A stretch of DNA of 25,855 nucleotides from an uncultured Candidatus Saccharibacteria bacterium (GTDB lineage: Bacteria > Patescibacteriota > WWE3 > UBA101185 > UBA10185), in assembly GCA_964402525.1 (NCBI GenBank), contig CAYOCN010000001.1, positions 18,162-44,016 of the forward strand. The letters are read 5' to 3'. The notes beneath the pieces were generated by a model. It was given only the letters and a program-made list of their open reading frames with translations. It was not told the DNA's origin and did no database searches. Numbering within the stretch: the first letter of the stretch is position 1; each line of letters opens with the position of its first letter. Made by a program: the position numbers and the translations under genes. Positions 1 to 8,479 of this stretch are shown in pieces.

Positions 1-981
1 GTAGAACAACTTAAAAAATCCCTTTTCATAGAAGAAAAAACTAAGAAAATTCTGGAGTTAAAAGAACGCCTAAAAGATGAAACATTGTGGACAGACTGGG
101 AAGCGGGTCAAAAGATATCACAAGATTTAGCCGCATTAGAAAAAGACATTGAGGAATATACAATGTTGGAATTGTTGGTGGAAGAAGGAAATATAGAAGA
201 AATTGATAAAGAGATTAAAAGATTAGAGTTAAAAACGTTTTTATCAGGCAAACACGACAAAGATTATGCCATTATTTCGATCCACGCGGGCCAAGGTGGC
301 ACCGAAGCTATGGATTGGACTGAAATGTTATACCGAATGTACACACGCTACGCAGAGCGCAAAGGATGGAAAGTGGAAGAACACTACAAAATACAAGGTG
401 AAGAGGCAGGAATAAAGAGCGTGGTATTTGAAATAGACGGTGCGTATGCATATGGATTTTTAAGAGAAGAATCTGGAGTACATAGATTAGTTAGGCAATC
501 CCCTTTTAATGCAGATAGCCTAAGACAAACTTCTTTTGCATTAGTGGAATTAATGCCCGTTATCGAGGATGATTCAGAAATAGAAATAAAAGAGGAAGAT
601 TTGGAGTGGGATTTTTTTAGAGCAGGTGGGCATGGTGGTCAAAATGTTAATAAAGTTTCAACTGCAGTACGCTTAAAACACAAACCAACAGGAATAATTA
701 TAGAAAGCCAAGAAGAGAGGTATCAAGGTAAAAATAGAGAAAAAGCTTTAAAGTTGCTAAAGTCAAAACTATATAAAAGAGAATTAGAAAGATCCGAAGA
801 AGAAAAACGAAAAATAAAAGGTGAATATAAAACTCCAGGGTGGGGCAATCAAATCCGAAACTACATCCTCCACCCTTATAAACTAGTAAAAGATCTTAGA
901 ACAAACGTGGAAATAACAAATCCAGAATCTGTCTTAGACGGAGACTTAGATTTACTTATAGATGCAGAAATTAGAATCTAA
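1..981 (+). CDS. prfB: Peptide chain release factor 2, 5'-partial (frame is open from base 1; true start lies upstream of the window)
   Basis: SPF anticodon-mimic motif (RQSPFNA), [33 protein letters not shown]. Frame 1 reads [13 protein letters not shown]... with no stop before position 85. Confidence 0.97.
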   Translation, partial: VEQLKKSLFIEEKTKKILELKERLKDETLWTDWEAGQKISQDLAALEKDIEEYTMLELLVEEGNIEEIDKEIKRLELKTFLSGKHDKDYAIISIHAGQGGTEAMDWTEMLYRMYTRYAERKGWKVEEHYKIQGEEAGIKSVVFEIDGAYAYGFLREESGVHRLVRQSPFNADSLRQTSFALVELMPVIEDDSEIEIKEEDLEWDFFRAGGHGGQNVNKVSTAVRLKHKPTGIIIESQEERYQGKNREKALKLLKSKLYKRELERSEEEKRKIKGEYKTPGWGNQIRNYILHPYKLVKDLRTNVEITNPESVLDGDLDLLIDAEIRI

Positions 982-1222
982 ATAAGTATTGAACCTGTTC
1001 AAAATTAAAACCACTGTATTTCATTCCAAGCAAAGATACCACAGCGACTACTGCAAATACTAAGATCATGGTTAAATCTCTTTTCATTTGAGTAACTGGA
1101 AGTTCGTGTGTGTGAGAACTTGGTTTGGAAACGGTTAAATTTTTACTAACGGGTTTTGCTGAAGCTTTCTTTTTTGTGGCAGCAACAGCTGGGCGTTTTT
1201 GGGCAGTTTTCTTTTTTTTCAT
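971..1222 (-). CDS. Small hypothetical protein: Lys/Ala-rich basic N-terminus, single C-terminal TM helix
   Basis: 83 aa; SD-like GAGGT 3 nt before ATG; hydrophobic stretch [16 protein letters not shown]; overlaps the prfB 3' end convergently by 11 bp. Confidence 0.75.
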   Translation of the reverse strand: MKKKKTAQKRPAVAATKKKASAKPVSKNLTVSKPSSHTHELPVTQMKRDLTMILVFAVVAVVSLLGMKYSGFNFEQVQYLFRF

Positions 1223-1274
1223 ATACCTCTATAAAATTAAATAATTACTAAGATAATTGTAAAGCATATTACTA

Positions 1275-3503
1275 CTAATTCAAAGATTCTACTTCATCAA
1301 TTGGTTCTTCCGAAAATCCAGAAAAAGAACTATCCGAAGAAGTTAATACGTGACGTGGCTTACTGCCTTCGGCAGGACCGACAATACCTTTTTCCTCAAG
1401 TTGGGATAGTATTCTTGCGGCACGCGCATACCCAATGGATAATCGGGTTTGTAACAAAGAGGCAGAGGCTCTACCCGCAGCAGAAACTATTTCTACAGAG
1501 TCATTGAATAGCTCATCTACGTCACTCCCACCACCATTACTACCGCCAAAACTGGAGTTACTACCCATTTTTAATATTTCTTCACGATACTCAGGAGAAA
1601 CACCTTGAGCTTTCAAAAATCCCACAAGATTTTTAATCTCAACAAGAGATATAAAAGCTCCTTGTAAACGCACTGGTTTTGGTCGATCAGGAGGAATAAA
1701 TAACATATCTCCTTTTCCAAGTAGTTTTTCAGCACCTGGTTGGTCAATAATAACGCGCGAATCAACATTGCTCATAACATTAAAAGCAACTCTAGCAGGG
1801 ATGTTAGCCTTGATAAGCCCTGTAATGATATTAGTGGTAGGTCTTTGTAACGCTAGTATTAAATGTATACCGGTAGCACGAGCTAGTTGTGCGAGTCTAA
1901 CAATACTTTTTTCAACTCCTGCAGGATCTTGAATCATAATTTCGGCAAGCTCATCAACAATAATTACGATATAGGGCATACTTTGAAAACCAGATTTTTC
2001 ATTGTAACCATCAATATTCATAACTTTTGCTTGTTCAAACAATTTATAACGTCGATCCATTTCAGTAACCGCCCACTTAAAAACAGAAGGTGCTTTATCC
2101 ATGTCGGTAACTACAGGAACCAAAAGATGCGGAATATCTTGGTAATGAGTAAATTCAACACGTTTTGGGTCAATCATTATTAAACGAACTTCTTGAGGAC
2201 TTGCTCTAAATAAAAGAGAGAAAATTAAGTTGTGTAAAAAGATAGATTTACCAGAACCAGTAGTACCAGCTACAAGTAAGTGAGGCATTTTAGAAATATC
2301 ATACGTGGCCACCTGTCCTGCTACATCTTTACCTAAAACAATACTTAATTTAGATTTAGACGCTTTCATAGGGCCAGAACTAATGAGAGATTTAAAACTA
2401 ACAGTTCCGCGTACATCGTTAGGAACTTCAATTCCCACAAGGGATTTACCAGGAATTGGAGCTTCAATACGAACAGTACCGTTTGGAGAAGCTAAAGCTA
2501 AAGCCAAATCATTTTGTAGATTAGCAATTTTTGCAATACGAACATCAGAATTAGCTTTTAAAGAATACTGGGTAACAGAAGGGCCTCGTTGTATGTCGGC
2601 AACTTCCACGTCAATTCCAAAAGATTTAAGCTTATCCCGTATAATTTTGGCGCGAGTTTTTGTATCACCGCTATCCCCTTCTTCATCAACAGGATCAACT
2701 AAAATATCAAGAGGTGGGTGTTCCCACATACGATCAGCTCCTAAAGGATTGTTATTAGCTAAACTCAACTTTTCCAAAGACTCACTGGGATTTAAAGCTT
2801 TTTTAGATTGAGGTTCAGACATAGTTGGAATAACTTCAATTTTTGGCTCATCAAAGACATCTTCTTCCAATCCATTTAGGGTATCAAAGGAATCGCGGGA
2901 AGAATAACTACTGACAACTTCGATATCAGAATCATCAGAACCTTTTTTATTACCAAAAACACCCAATAGTTTAAACCCTGAAAAGGAACCAGAAACTTTT
3001 TTCACGGCACTTTCCAACGAAACATCCAATGTAAAAATTACACTCATCACAAGTGACAATAAGAGTATTGGAAAACCTGCATAAACACTTACGGTGTCTC
3101 TCAACATGGAAGAAATCTTATATCCTATAAAACCGCCGCCGTTACCTGCAACCGCAGCTTCATAAGCAGATTTACCCGACATAAATATATGAAACAGTGA
3201 TGATAAAGAAATTAAAACAAAAAATAAACCTAAAATATATCTAAATTCTTTAAATTTTATCTTTAAAGATTCAATGAAAAAAATACCTAGTAACCCTAAA
3301 ACAAAAGGAAATAAAAAAGATGGAAAACCAAACAAACCTCTTAATATTTGTTGTATTTTTGCATTAACAGAATACTCTGGCAGAAAAAAGGACAGTAAAC
3401 TAATTAGACTTAATAAAATGAGCAACAGAGAAAATATAGACCTTAGGGTCTCGGGTTTTATATTAAAATTGAATCTGAATTTCTTTTTTCGTCCTCTGGG
3501 CAT
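1275..3503 (-). CDS. ftsK: FtsK/SpoIIIE DNA translocase (N-terminal 4TM, motor, gamma domain)
   Basis: TM-rich N-terminus, RIEAPIPGKSLVGIEVPN, PHLLVAGTTGSGKS Walker A, IIVDELA Walker B, RATGIHLILALQR, GAEKLLGKGDML, gamma-domain SASLLQTRLSIGYARAAR. Confidence 0.98.
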   Translation of the reverse strand: MPRGRKKKFRFNFNIKPETLRSIFSLLLILLSLISLLSFFLPEYSVNAKIQQILRGLFGFPSFLFPFVLGLLGIFFIESLKIKFKEFRYILGLFFVLISLSSLFHIFMSGKSAYEAAVAGNGGGFIGYKISSMLRDTVSVYAGFPILLLSLVMSVIFTLDVSLESAVKKVSGSFSGFKLLGVFGNKKGSDDSDIEVVSSYSSRDSFDTLNGLEEDVFDEPKIEVIPTMSEPQSKKALNPSESLEKLSLANNNPLGADRMWEHPPLDILVDPVDEEGDSGDTKTRAKIIRDKLKSFGIDVEVADIQRGPSVTQYSLKANSDVRIAKIANLQNDLALALASPNGTVRIEAPIPGKSLVGIEVPNDVRGTVSFKSLISSGPMKASKSKLSIVLGKDVAGQVATYDISKMPHLLVAGTTGSGKSIFLHNLIFSLLFRASPQEVRLIMIDPKRVEFTHYQDIPHLLVPVVTDMDKAPSVFKWAVTEMDRRYKLFEQAKVMNIDGYNEKSGFQSMPYIVIIVDELAEIMIQDPAGVEKSIVRLAQLARATGIHLILALQRPTTNIITGLIKANIPARVAFNVMSNVDSRVIIDQPGAEKLLGKGDMLFIPPDRPKPVRLQGAFISLVEIKNLVGFLKAQGVSPEYREEILKMGSNSSFGGSNGGGSDVDELFNDSVEIVSAAGRASASLLQTRLSIGYARAARILSQLEEKGIVGPAEGSKPRHVLTSSDSSFSGFSEEPIDEVESLN

Positions 3504-3510
3504 CCATCAT

Positions 3511-3519
3511 ATTTTAACA
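3511..3519 (-). promoter_or_regulatory. Extended -10 promoter TGTTAAAAT, 7 nt before the ftsK ATG (leaderless candidate)
   Basis: Minus strand reads TGT-TAAAAT-ATGATGG-ATG; no SD. Confidence 0.6.
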
Positions 3520-5250
3520 TTATATTGTTAATGCGTGCACAATTATAAGAGGTGATCTCCCGGTTTCTTTATACAAAAATTTATCGAGTTCATTTTCAAC
3601 TTTCTTTTTTTGAAAATTCCAATCTTTATTTCTGCCGTCTTGCTTGTTTAAAACTTTAGTTATTAACTTTTTAGATCTGTTCATTAATTCTTGAGATTCA
3701 CTAAAATAAACAAATCCACGTGTTATAACTTCTGCTTTATCCGCTAATAGCTTACCACCTTTAACTTGAGGAACAACCACCACTAAAACGCCATCGTTAG
3801 ATAAAATCTCACGATCTTTTACCACAACAGGATTTATTTTTTGAGTGGTACCTGTATTTATATAAACAGGTGCAGTTTCAACAGAATAGCTTTTTTCAGC
3901 TTTCCCGTTATGGAAATCAACACCTTCACCTTCTAAACATTCAAAAACAGATTCTTTTGGAAATCCCAAACTACCTACTAAATTTTTATAAGCACGCATC
4001 TTTGTTACAGTACCACCTAAAGGAATAAAGTATTTGGGTTTAACAAGTTGAATCATTCTAGTAATGTCTTCTTTAGCCGCATGACCTGAAACGTGTAAAT
4101 TGTTTTGGATGGCGCTGTAAATAACTTCACACCCAGCTAATGTTAAAGCATCTGTTAACTTACCAACAGTAATATCAGATCCTGGAGGCGCGGGGTCACC
4201 TGAAAATACAACCATCGCATTATCTTCCAATGAAATGTCCTTATTTTCATCGCGACTTAATCTTTCTAATGAAGAGCCAACTTGTCCGTAACAACCAGCA
4301 ATAATATAAACTAAGGTACTTTGATCATAAGACACAGATTCTTTTTCGGGAACAAAAACATCGTCAGGAAAAGGTAAGTACGCAAGTTTACGAGCAATTT
4401 TTACCATTTGTTCAATGGATCTACCACTAGCAACTACTTTTCTACCACATCTTATAGCAGCAGAAGCTACCTGGTTCATACGAGAAATATTAGATGACAT
4501 TGTAGTTACAAAAATCTGTCTTTTACCAGCGCGTTGAAATAATTCATCAAAAGTACTATCCAAAGTCTTTTCTGATTTTGTGTGACCCTCTGTGGTTACT
4601 AATAAACAGTCAGACAGTAAGCAAGTCACACCTTCTTTTCCAAATCTTTCTATTTTATCCACTTCTATCGGTTTATCTAAAACAGGAGTGTCATCGAATT
4701 TATATTCAGCAATGTGTAAAAACAAACCTTCGGGAGTTTTAATAGCATAACCAGTGGTTTCTGGAATTGAGTGGTTTACACGAATTCCCGACACTTTAAA
4801 ATTACCTAAAGTTATTTCTGGGGTGTTACCATCAATTAAATTAAATTTAACTTTTTGTAATAAACTTTTATCAAAAGAACGATCCTCTAACATTACCTTA
4901 ACAAACTCTTGAACCAATTCTCCAGAATAAAGACTAATTTCTCCAACATCTTGAAGTAAATAAGGCAAAGCACCAATATGATCTTCATGAGCATGAGTGA
5001 TAAATAAACCTCTTATTTTATGTTTGTTTTCAACTAAGTAGGAAAAATCTGGAATTACGATATCGACTCCGGGCATATCAAAAATATCAGGAAAACCAAT
5101 ACCACAATCAACTAAAATAATATCGTTACCGTATTCATAAACGGTAAGATTTTTATTTACGTTTTCAGTACCACCCAAAGTTCTAATAGTTAGTTTGGAA
5201 CCTGAATCATACAAAGTATTTATATTTTCTTTACTAGTCGAATTATTCAT
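3520..5250 (-). CDS. rnj: Ribonuclease J (beta-CASP metallo-beta-lactamase) with atypical motifs IV and C
   Basis: THAHEDHIGALP, VNHSIPE, LLSD, HVSGH, C-terminal SNDGV...EVITRGFVY. Start placed at the ATG at 5250 rather than the TTG at 5259. Confidence 0.95.
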   Translation of the reverse strand: MNNSTSKENINTLYDSGSKLTIRTLGGTENVNKNLTVYEYGNDIILVDCGIGFPDIFDMPGVDIVIPDFSYLVENKHKIRGLFITHAHEDHIGALPYLLQDVGEISLYSGELVQEFVKVMLEDRSFDKSLLQKVKFNLIDGNTPEITLGNFKVSGIRVNHSIPETTGYAIKTPEGLFLHIAEYKFDDTPVLDKPIEVDKIERFGKEGVTCLLSDCLLVTTEGHTKSEKTLDSTFDELFQRAGKRQIFVTTMSSNISRMNQVASAAIRCGRKVVASGRSIEQMVKIARKLAYLPFPDDVFVPEKESVSYDQSTLVYIIAGCYGQVGSSLERLSRDENKDISLEDNAMVVFSGDPAPPGSDITVGKLTDALTLAGCEVIYSAIQNNLHVSGHAAKEDITRMIQLVKPKYFIPLGGTVTKMRAYKNLVGSLGFPKESVFECLEGEGVDFHNGKAEKSYSVETAPVYINTGTTQKINPVVVKDREILSNDGVLVVVVPQVKGGKLLADKAEVITRGFVYFSESQELMNRSKKLITKVLNKQDGRNKDWNFQKKKVENELDKFLYKETGRSPLIIVHALTI

Positions 5251-5261
5251 AAGCAGCAATA

Positions 5262-5786
5262 TTAGATAATTAAACCACCTTCCTTGAGTTTATCCAAGAA
5301 TTTTAGGTTTAAATCCCTTTTATTAACTTGGTAACTTTTCCCAAGAAGGAATTTTGCAGAGGTGTAATCAGCCCAGAAAAACTCATCAAACTTTGTTTCT
5401 TTTATGTCTATTTCTTCCGATTTAACAGCTAAAACATAAAGAAAATACTTTTTACCAGTCATATTTATGGCAACACCCTCATCTGTTTGAACATCTCGTT
5501 CACCATAAAACTTTTTGTTCATTGTAACTTCGCCGTCACCCAAATAAATATAATTTGTATCACAACCATCTGAAAATGTTTTTCCAAGTTCTTCCGTTAA
5601 TTCACGTCTTATAGCATCTGCGGGGGTTTCATTGTTTTCAACTCCACCTTGGGGTAAAAGCCATAATTTATATTCTTTTTTAAAAAGTAATAATAATTTG
5701 TTTTCGTGAACACAAAAACAAACAACTCCGGGTCTAAACCCTTTTGTACGTATTTCATCTAATTCTTTTAAAGTTGGTTCTTTCAT
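5262..5786 (-). CDS. Nudix hydrolase, RppH/NudH-like (putative RNA 5' pyrophosphohydrolase)
   Basis: Complete Nudix box GGVENNETPADAIRRELTEELG. FRPGV, WLLPQGG and EFFW resemble RppH FRPNV, WQFPQGG and EFDGWRW. ATGA overlap with the UDG stop. Confidence 0.8.
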   Translation of the reverse strand: MKEPTLKELDEIRTKGFRPGVVCFCVHENKLLLLFKKEYKLWLLPQGGVENNETPADAIRRELTEELGKTFSDGCDTNYIYLGDGEVTMNKKFYGERDVQTDEGVAINMTGKKYFLYVLAVKSEEIDIKETKFDEFFWADYTSAKFLLGKSYQVNKRDLNLKFLDKLKEGGLII

Positions 5787-6358
5787 ATATTAATACTTTC
5801 AAGTATAGACGGAATTCTCAAAAAATCTTCCTTTAAGGTTTTTAACATATCACCATTTCTTAACGCGGCTGCAGGATGGTATACCGGATAAACGTTATAA
5901 ACACCTTGTGTGGTTTCTACTTTAATCGTATGTCCATGATCTCTTGTAATTTTCCCATCTTTATAAAAATAGTTCATAGAAAATCTACCAAGAGTTACCA
6001 CAAGTTTTGGTTTTATAATATTTAATTGCATTGTTAAATATGGTTCACACAAAGAAAGTTCATCAGGTAAAGGGTCACGATTTTCAGGTGGACGGTGCTT
6101 TATGATATTACCGATCCAAACATCTTCTCGTTTTAAATTAATAACTTCTAATAATTTTTGTAAAAGCATCCCTGCACGACCAACAAAAGGTCTACCAGTT
6201 GCATCCTCAGTAGCACCAGGAGCCTCACCAATGAATACAATTTTGGAATCTATATTACCTTCCCCTGGAACAGAATTTTTAGCGTTTTCACAAAGTCGAC
6301 ATTTTTTACAAAGTTTCACATTATTTTCAATTTGATTTAATAATTCCAGTTTCGTCAT
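5783..6358 (-). CDS. Family-4 uracil-DNA glycosylase (4Fe-4S type)
   Basis: CxxC near N-terminus, GEGN..SKIVFIGEAPG, GRPFVGRAG, KHRPPENRDP, LVVTLGRFS, YHPAAALR. ATGA overlap with the upstream Lon-like gene. Confidence 0.95.
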   Translation of the reverse strand: MTKLELLNQIENNVKLCKKCRLCENAKNSVPGEGNIDSKIVFIGEAPGATEDATGRPFVGRAGMLLQKLLEVINLKREDVWIGNIIKHRPPENRDPLPDELSLCEPYLTMQLNIIKPKLVVTLGRFSMNYFYKDGKITRDHGHTIKVETTQGVYNVYPVYHPAAALRNGDMLKTLKEDFLRIPSILESINI

Positions 6359-7416
6359 TTTGGTAAGTAATATTTAAGATTTTCAGCAGTTATATAAACA
6401 CTCTTAGATTTACCTTCAACAATTTCTTTAGCCACTTTTCTACATAAAGATTCTAAAGTTCTACCCAAACTTCTAATACCGGTATCAAAACCAAAAGGTC
6501 TAACAATTCCTGGCCAAAGATTTGGATCGATTTGTAATTCTTCCGCAGTAAGACCGGCACCTTCAATAATTTTGGGAAATAAATATTTTTGAGCAATTAC
6601 CAGTTTTTCTTCATCGGTGTAAGAAGGCATTTTTATAACTTCCATTCTATCCATTAAAGCGGTTGATAAGGTACCTGTGTTGTTAGCAGAACAAATAAAC
6701 AAACAGTCAGATAAATCAACAGGAAAATCTATGTAGTGGTCTCTAAAGGAACTATTTTGGTTGGGGTCTAATATTTCAAGCAAAACCGCCATAATATCAG
6801 AACGTAATCCTTTTTCACCACTAGCTTTTTCTATTTCATCCAATAGAATTAAGGGGTTTTTCACTTTAGACTTGATTAGCGCTTTAATTATTTGCCCAGG
6901 TTCTGCATCCGGAAAAGCTTTGCTTTCACCTCTAAGCTCTAAGGTAGACCCCAAACCTCCCATGGCAATTCTCCCGAATTCTCTTCCTAAAGCCTCCGCC
7001 ACAGAAATAGCCAGTGTAGTTTTACCAACTCCTTGCAAACCCACTAATAGTAAAACTGGTGAACGGGATATGGCGTCTTTCCCTCGACGTTTTAATAAAA
7101 TTAACGAGGAAAGGTACTCAAGAATTCTATCTTTAACGTAACCCATTCCATAGTGATTTTTATCTAAAAATTGCTTAGCCTTCTCTAAATCTAAAATATC
7201 TTCAGTTTTATTTTGCCAAGGAATTGAAGTAACAACATCTATATAACGTGATAACGTGTCAAATTCAGAGGCATAATGGCCCAACTTGGCCATTCTATTC
7301 AAACGATCGATCATTTGATTCAGTCGCTCAGAAAGATCTTCCGGCAATCCTGTGGTGTCTTTAACCTTTTGAGATAGTGTGTCTAGTTCTTTAAATATAA
7401 ATTCTTCTTGTTGCAT
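6355..7416 (-). CDS. Lon-family AAA+ protein lacking both the Lon N-domain and the Ser-Lys protease domain
   Basis: YIDVVTSIPW, LDKNHYGMGYVKDRILEYL, GLQGVGKTT, NPLILLDEIEK, LLEILDPNQNSSFRDHY, LMDRMEVI, YTDEEKLVIAQKYL, GIRSLGR. Stops at 353 aa. Confidence 0.92.
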   Translation of the reverse strand: MQQEEFIFKELDTLSQKVKDTTGLPEDLSERLNQMIDRLNRMAKLGHYASEFDTLSRYIDVVTSIPWQNKTEDILDLEKAKQFLDKNHYGMGYVKDRILEYLSSLILLKRRGKDAISRSPVLLLVGLQGVGKTTLAISVAEALGREFGRIAMGGLGSTLELRGESKAFPDAEPGQIIKALIKSKVKNPLILLDEIEKASGEKGLRSDIMAVLLEILDPNQNSSFRDHYIDFPVDLSDCLFICSANNTGTLSTALMDRMEVIKMPSYTDEEKLVIAQKYLFPKIIEGAGLTAEELQIDPNLWPGIVRPFGFDTGIRSLGRTLESLCRKVAKEIVEGKSKSVYITAENLKYYLPK

Positions 7417-7422
7417 AAAAGT

Positions 7423-7431
7423 AAGATATCA
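7423..7431 (-). promoter_or_regulatory. Extended -10-like TGATATCTT, 6 nt before the Lon-like ATG (leaderless candidate)
   Basis: Minus strand TGA-TATCTT-ACTTTT-ATG; the TGA is also the stop of the upstream gene. Confidence 0.45.
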
Positions 7432-8412
7432 CAAAACCAAGTAATCCTGCTTACCAGAAAAGTATGAGGTTAATAAATCTTTAACAAATGTAGATGAAAT
7501 ATCACCAACTTTTTTGTTTAAATCTTCTAAAATACTTTTACCGGTAGCAGTCATGGATATTAATAGGGTTGTTCCTTCAACATTAGTTTTATCACTTAAC
7601 AAAGAGTATTTGGAATTAAGAGCCAAACTTCTTTCAATTTTACTTTTATAGGCAGCCGATTGGGTTAAAACATCTTTGTTATTACTTATCAAAATAACTG
7701 AATCAAATTTTTTAACAAAAAAATCCTTGGAGGTAGTTGATATGGAAGACTTTTGAATATCTTCAGGAATAATCAATAAACCCCATGTAGTTGCAGTGGC
7801 AGTTTTTGAAACAAAAAAGGCAAAAGGTTTAAATTTTTCAGCAGCAACAAAATCAATAAGCGATTTATTCTTTTCAAATAGATTTGTAAATAATTCAGAA
7901 AATTTTTGAAAATCAAATCCTTCAACATATAAATCAGCTCCGTAAGGAACGTACTCTGCCAAAGCAGAAAACCCAAAAACATTACATTTCTGCAACTCTT
8001 CAATTAAACACACTGGTTTTTTGGAAGTTACAACTTCCTTTGGTTGCTCCACTTTAGTTTCTACAGAGGATTCTTTTGTGGGTACAATAACCCCAGAACC
8101 TTTTAATACAGGTTTATCTAAAAAGGCATTTAAAACGTTTTTACCATAGACAGAAGCAACCACTATAACAATAACAATTAATAAAATTCCAATAGCTATC
8201 AAAACTTTTTTTATATTTAATTTTTTTAGATCAAGAGACATTTTTGTAACAGCTTTTGGAGGAATCGGAATAATAGGAACAGTTGTAATTTTTTGAATTA
8301 TTTCAGGAGAGGTAACATCCTTAATATCGAGTTTTTGAGAACAGGATGAGCAAAAATAAAAATCATAAGAACCAAGTTTAGAATTACAATTTGGGCAGAA
8401 TCTGTTAGGCAT
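7429..8412 (-). CDS. Hypothetical membrane protein: N-terminal CxxC-CxxC zinc ribbon, Pro-rich linker, one TM, extracytoplasmic domain
   Basis: CPNC...CSSC; IAIGILLIVIVIVVASVY TM; TATAAT box 8 nt before ATG. Confidence 0.85.
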   Translation of the reverse strand: MPNRFCPNCNSKLGSYDFYFCSSCSQKLDIKDVTSPEIIQKITTVPIIPIPPKAVTKMSLDLKKLNIKKVLIAIGILLIVIVIVVASVYGKNVLNAFLDKPVLKGSGVIVPTKESSVETKVEQPKEVVTSKKPVCLIEELQKCNVFGFSALAEYVPYGADLYVEGFDFQKFSELFTNLFEKNKSLIDFVAAEKFKPFAFFVSKTATATTWGLLIIPEDIQKSSISTTSKDFFVKKFDSVILISNNKDVLTQSAAYKSKIERSLALNSKYSLLSDKTNVEGTTLLISMTATGKSILEDLNKKVGDISSTFVKDLLTSYFSGKQDYLVL

Positions 8413-8425
8413 TTAAATTCATTAT

Positions 8426-8461
8426 ACAGAAACCCCTCGCGATATTAAATCGGCAAGGGGT
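8426..8461 (-). terminator. Probable intrinsic terminator after pnp
   Basis: Minus RNA ACCCCUUGC-C-GAU(UUAAU)AUC-GCGAGGGGU followed by UUCUGU; about 12 bp stem with one G-U pair and one bulge; U-tract is weak. Confidence 0.7.
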
Positions 8462-8479
8462 ATTCTTATATTTTTTCTT

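Noticed and set aside
1301-3531. Plus-strand ORFs 1301-1507, 1887-2183, 2305-2811, 3274-3531
   Set aside because: Antisense shadows of ftsK with no recognisable motifs.
6102-7141. Plus-strand ORFs 6102-6335 and 6761-7141
   Set aside because: Antisense shadows of the UDG and Lon-like genes.
6355-7416. Lon as a frameshifted pseudogene
   Set aside because: The sequence after the stop is a complete UDG coupled by ATGA, and the upstream sequence is an unrelated intact gene; no Lon remnants were seen.
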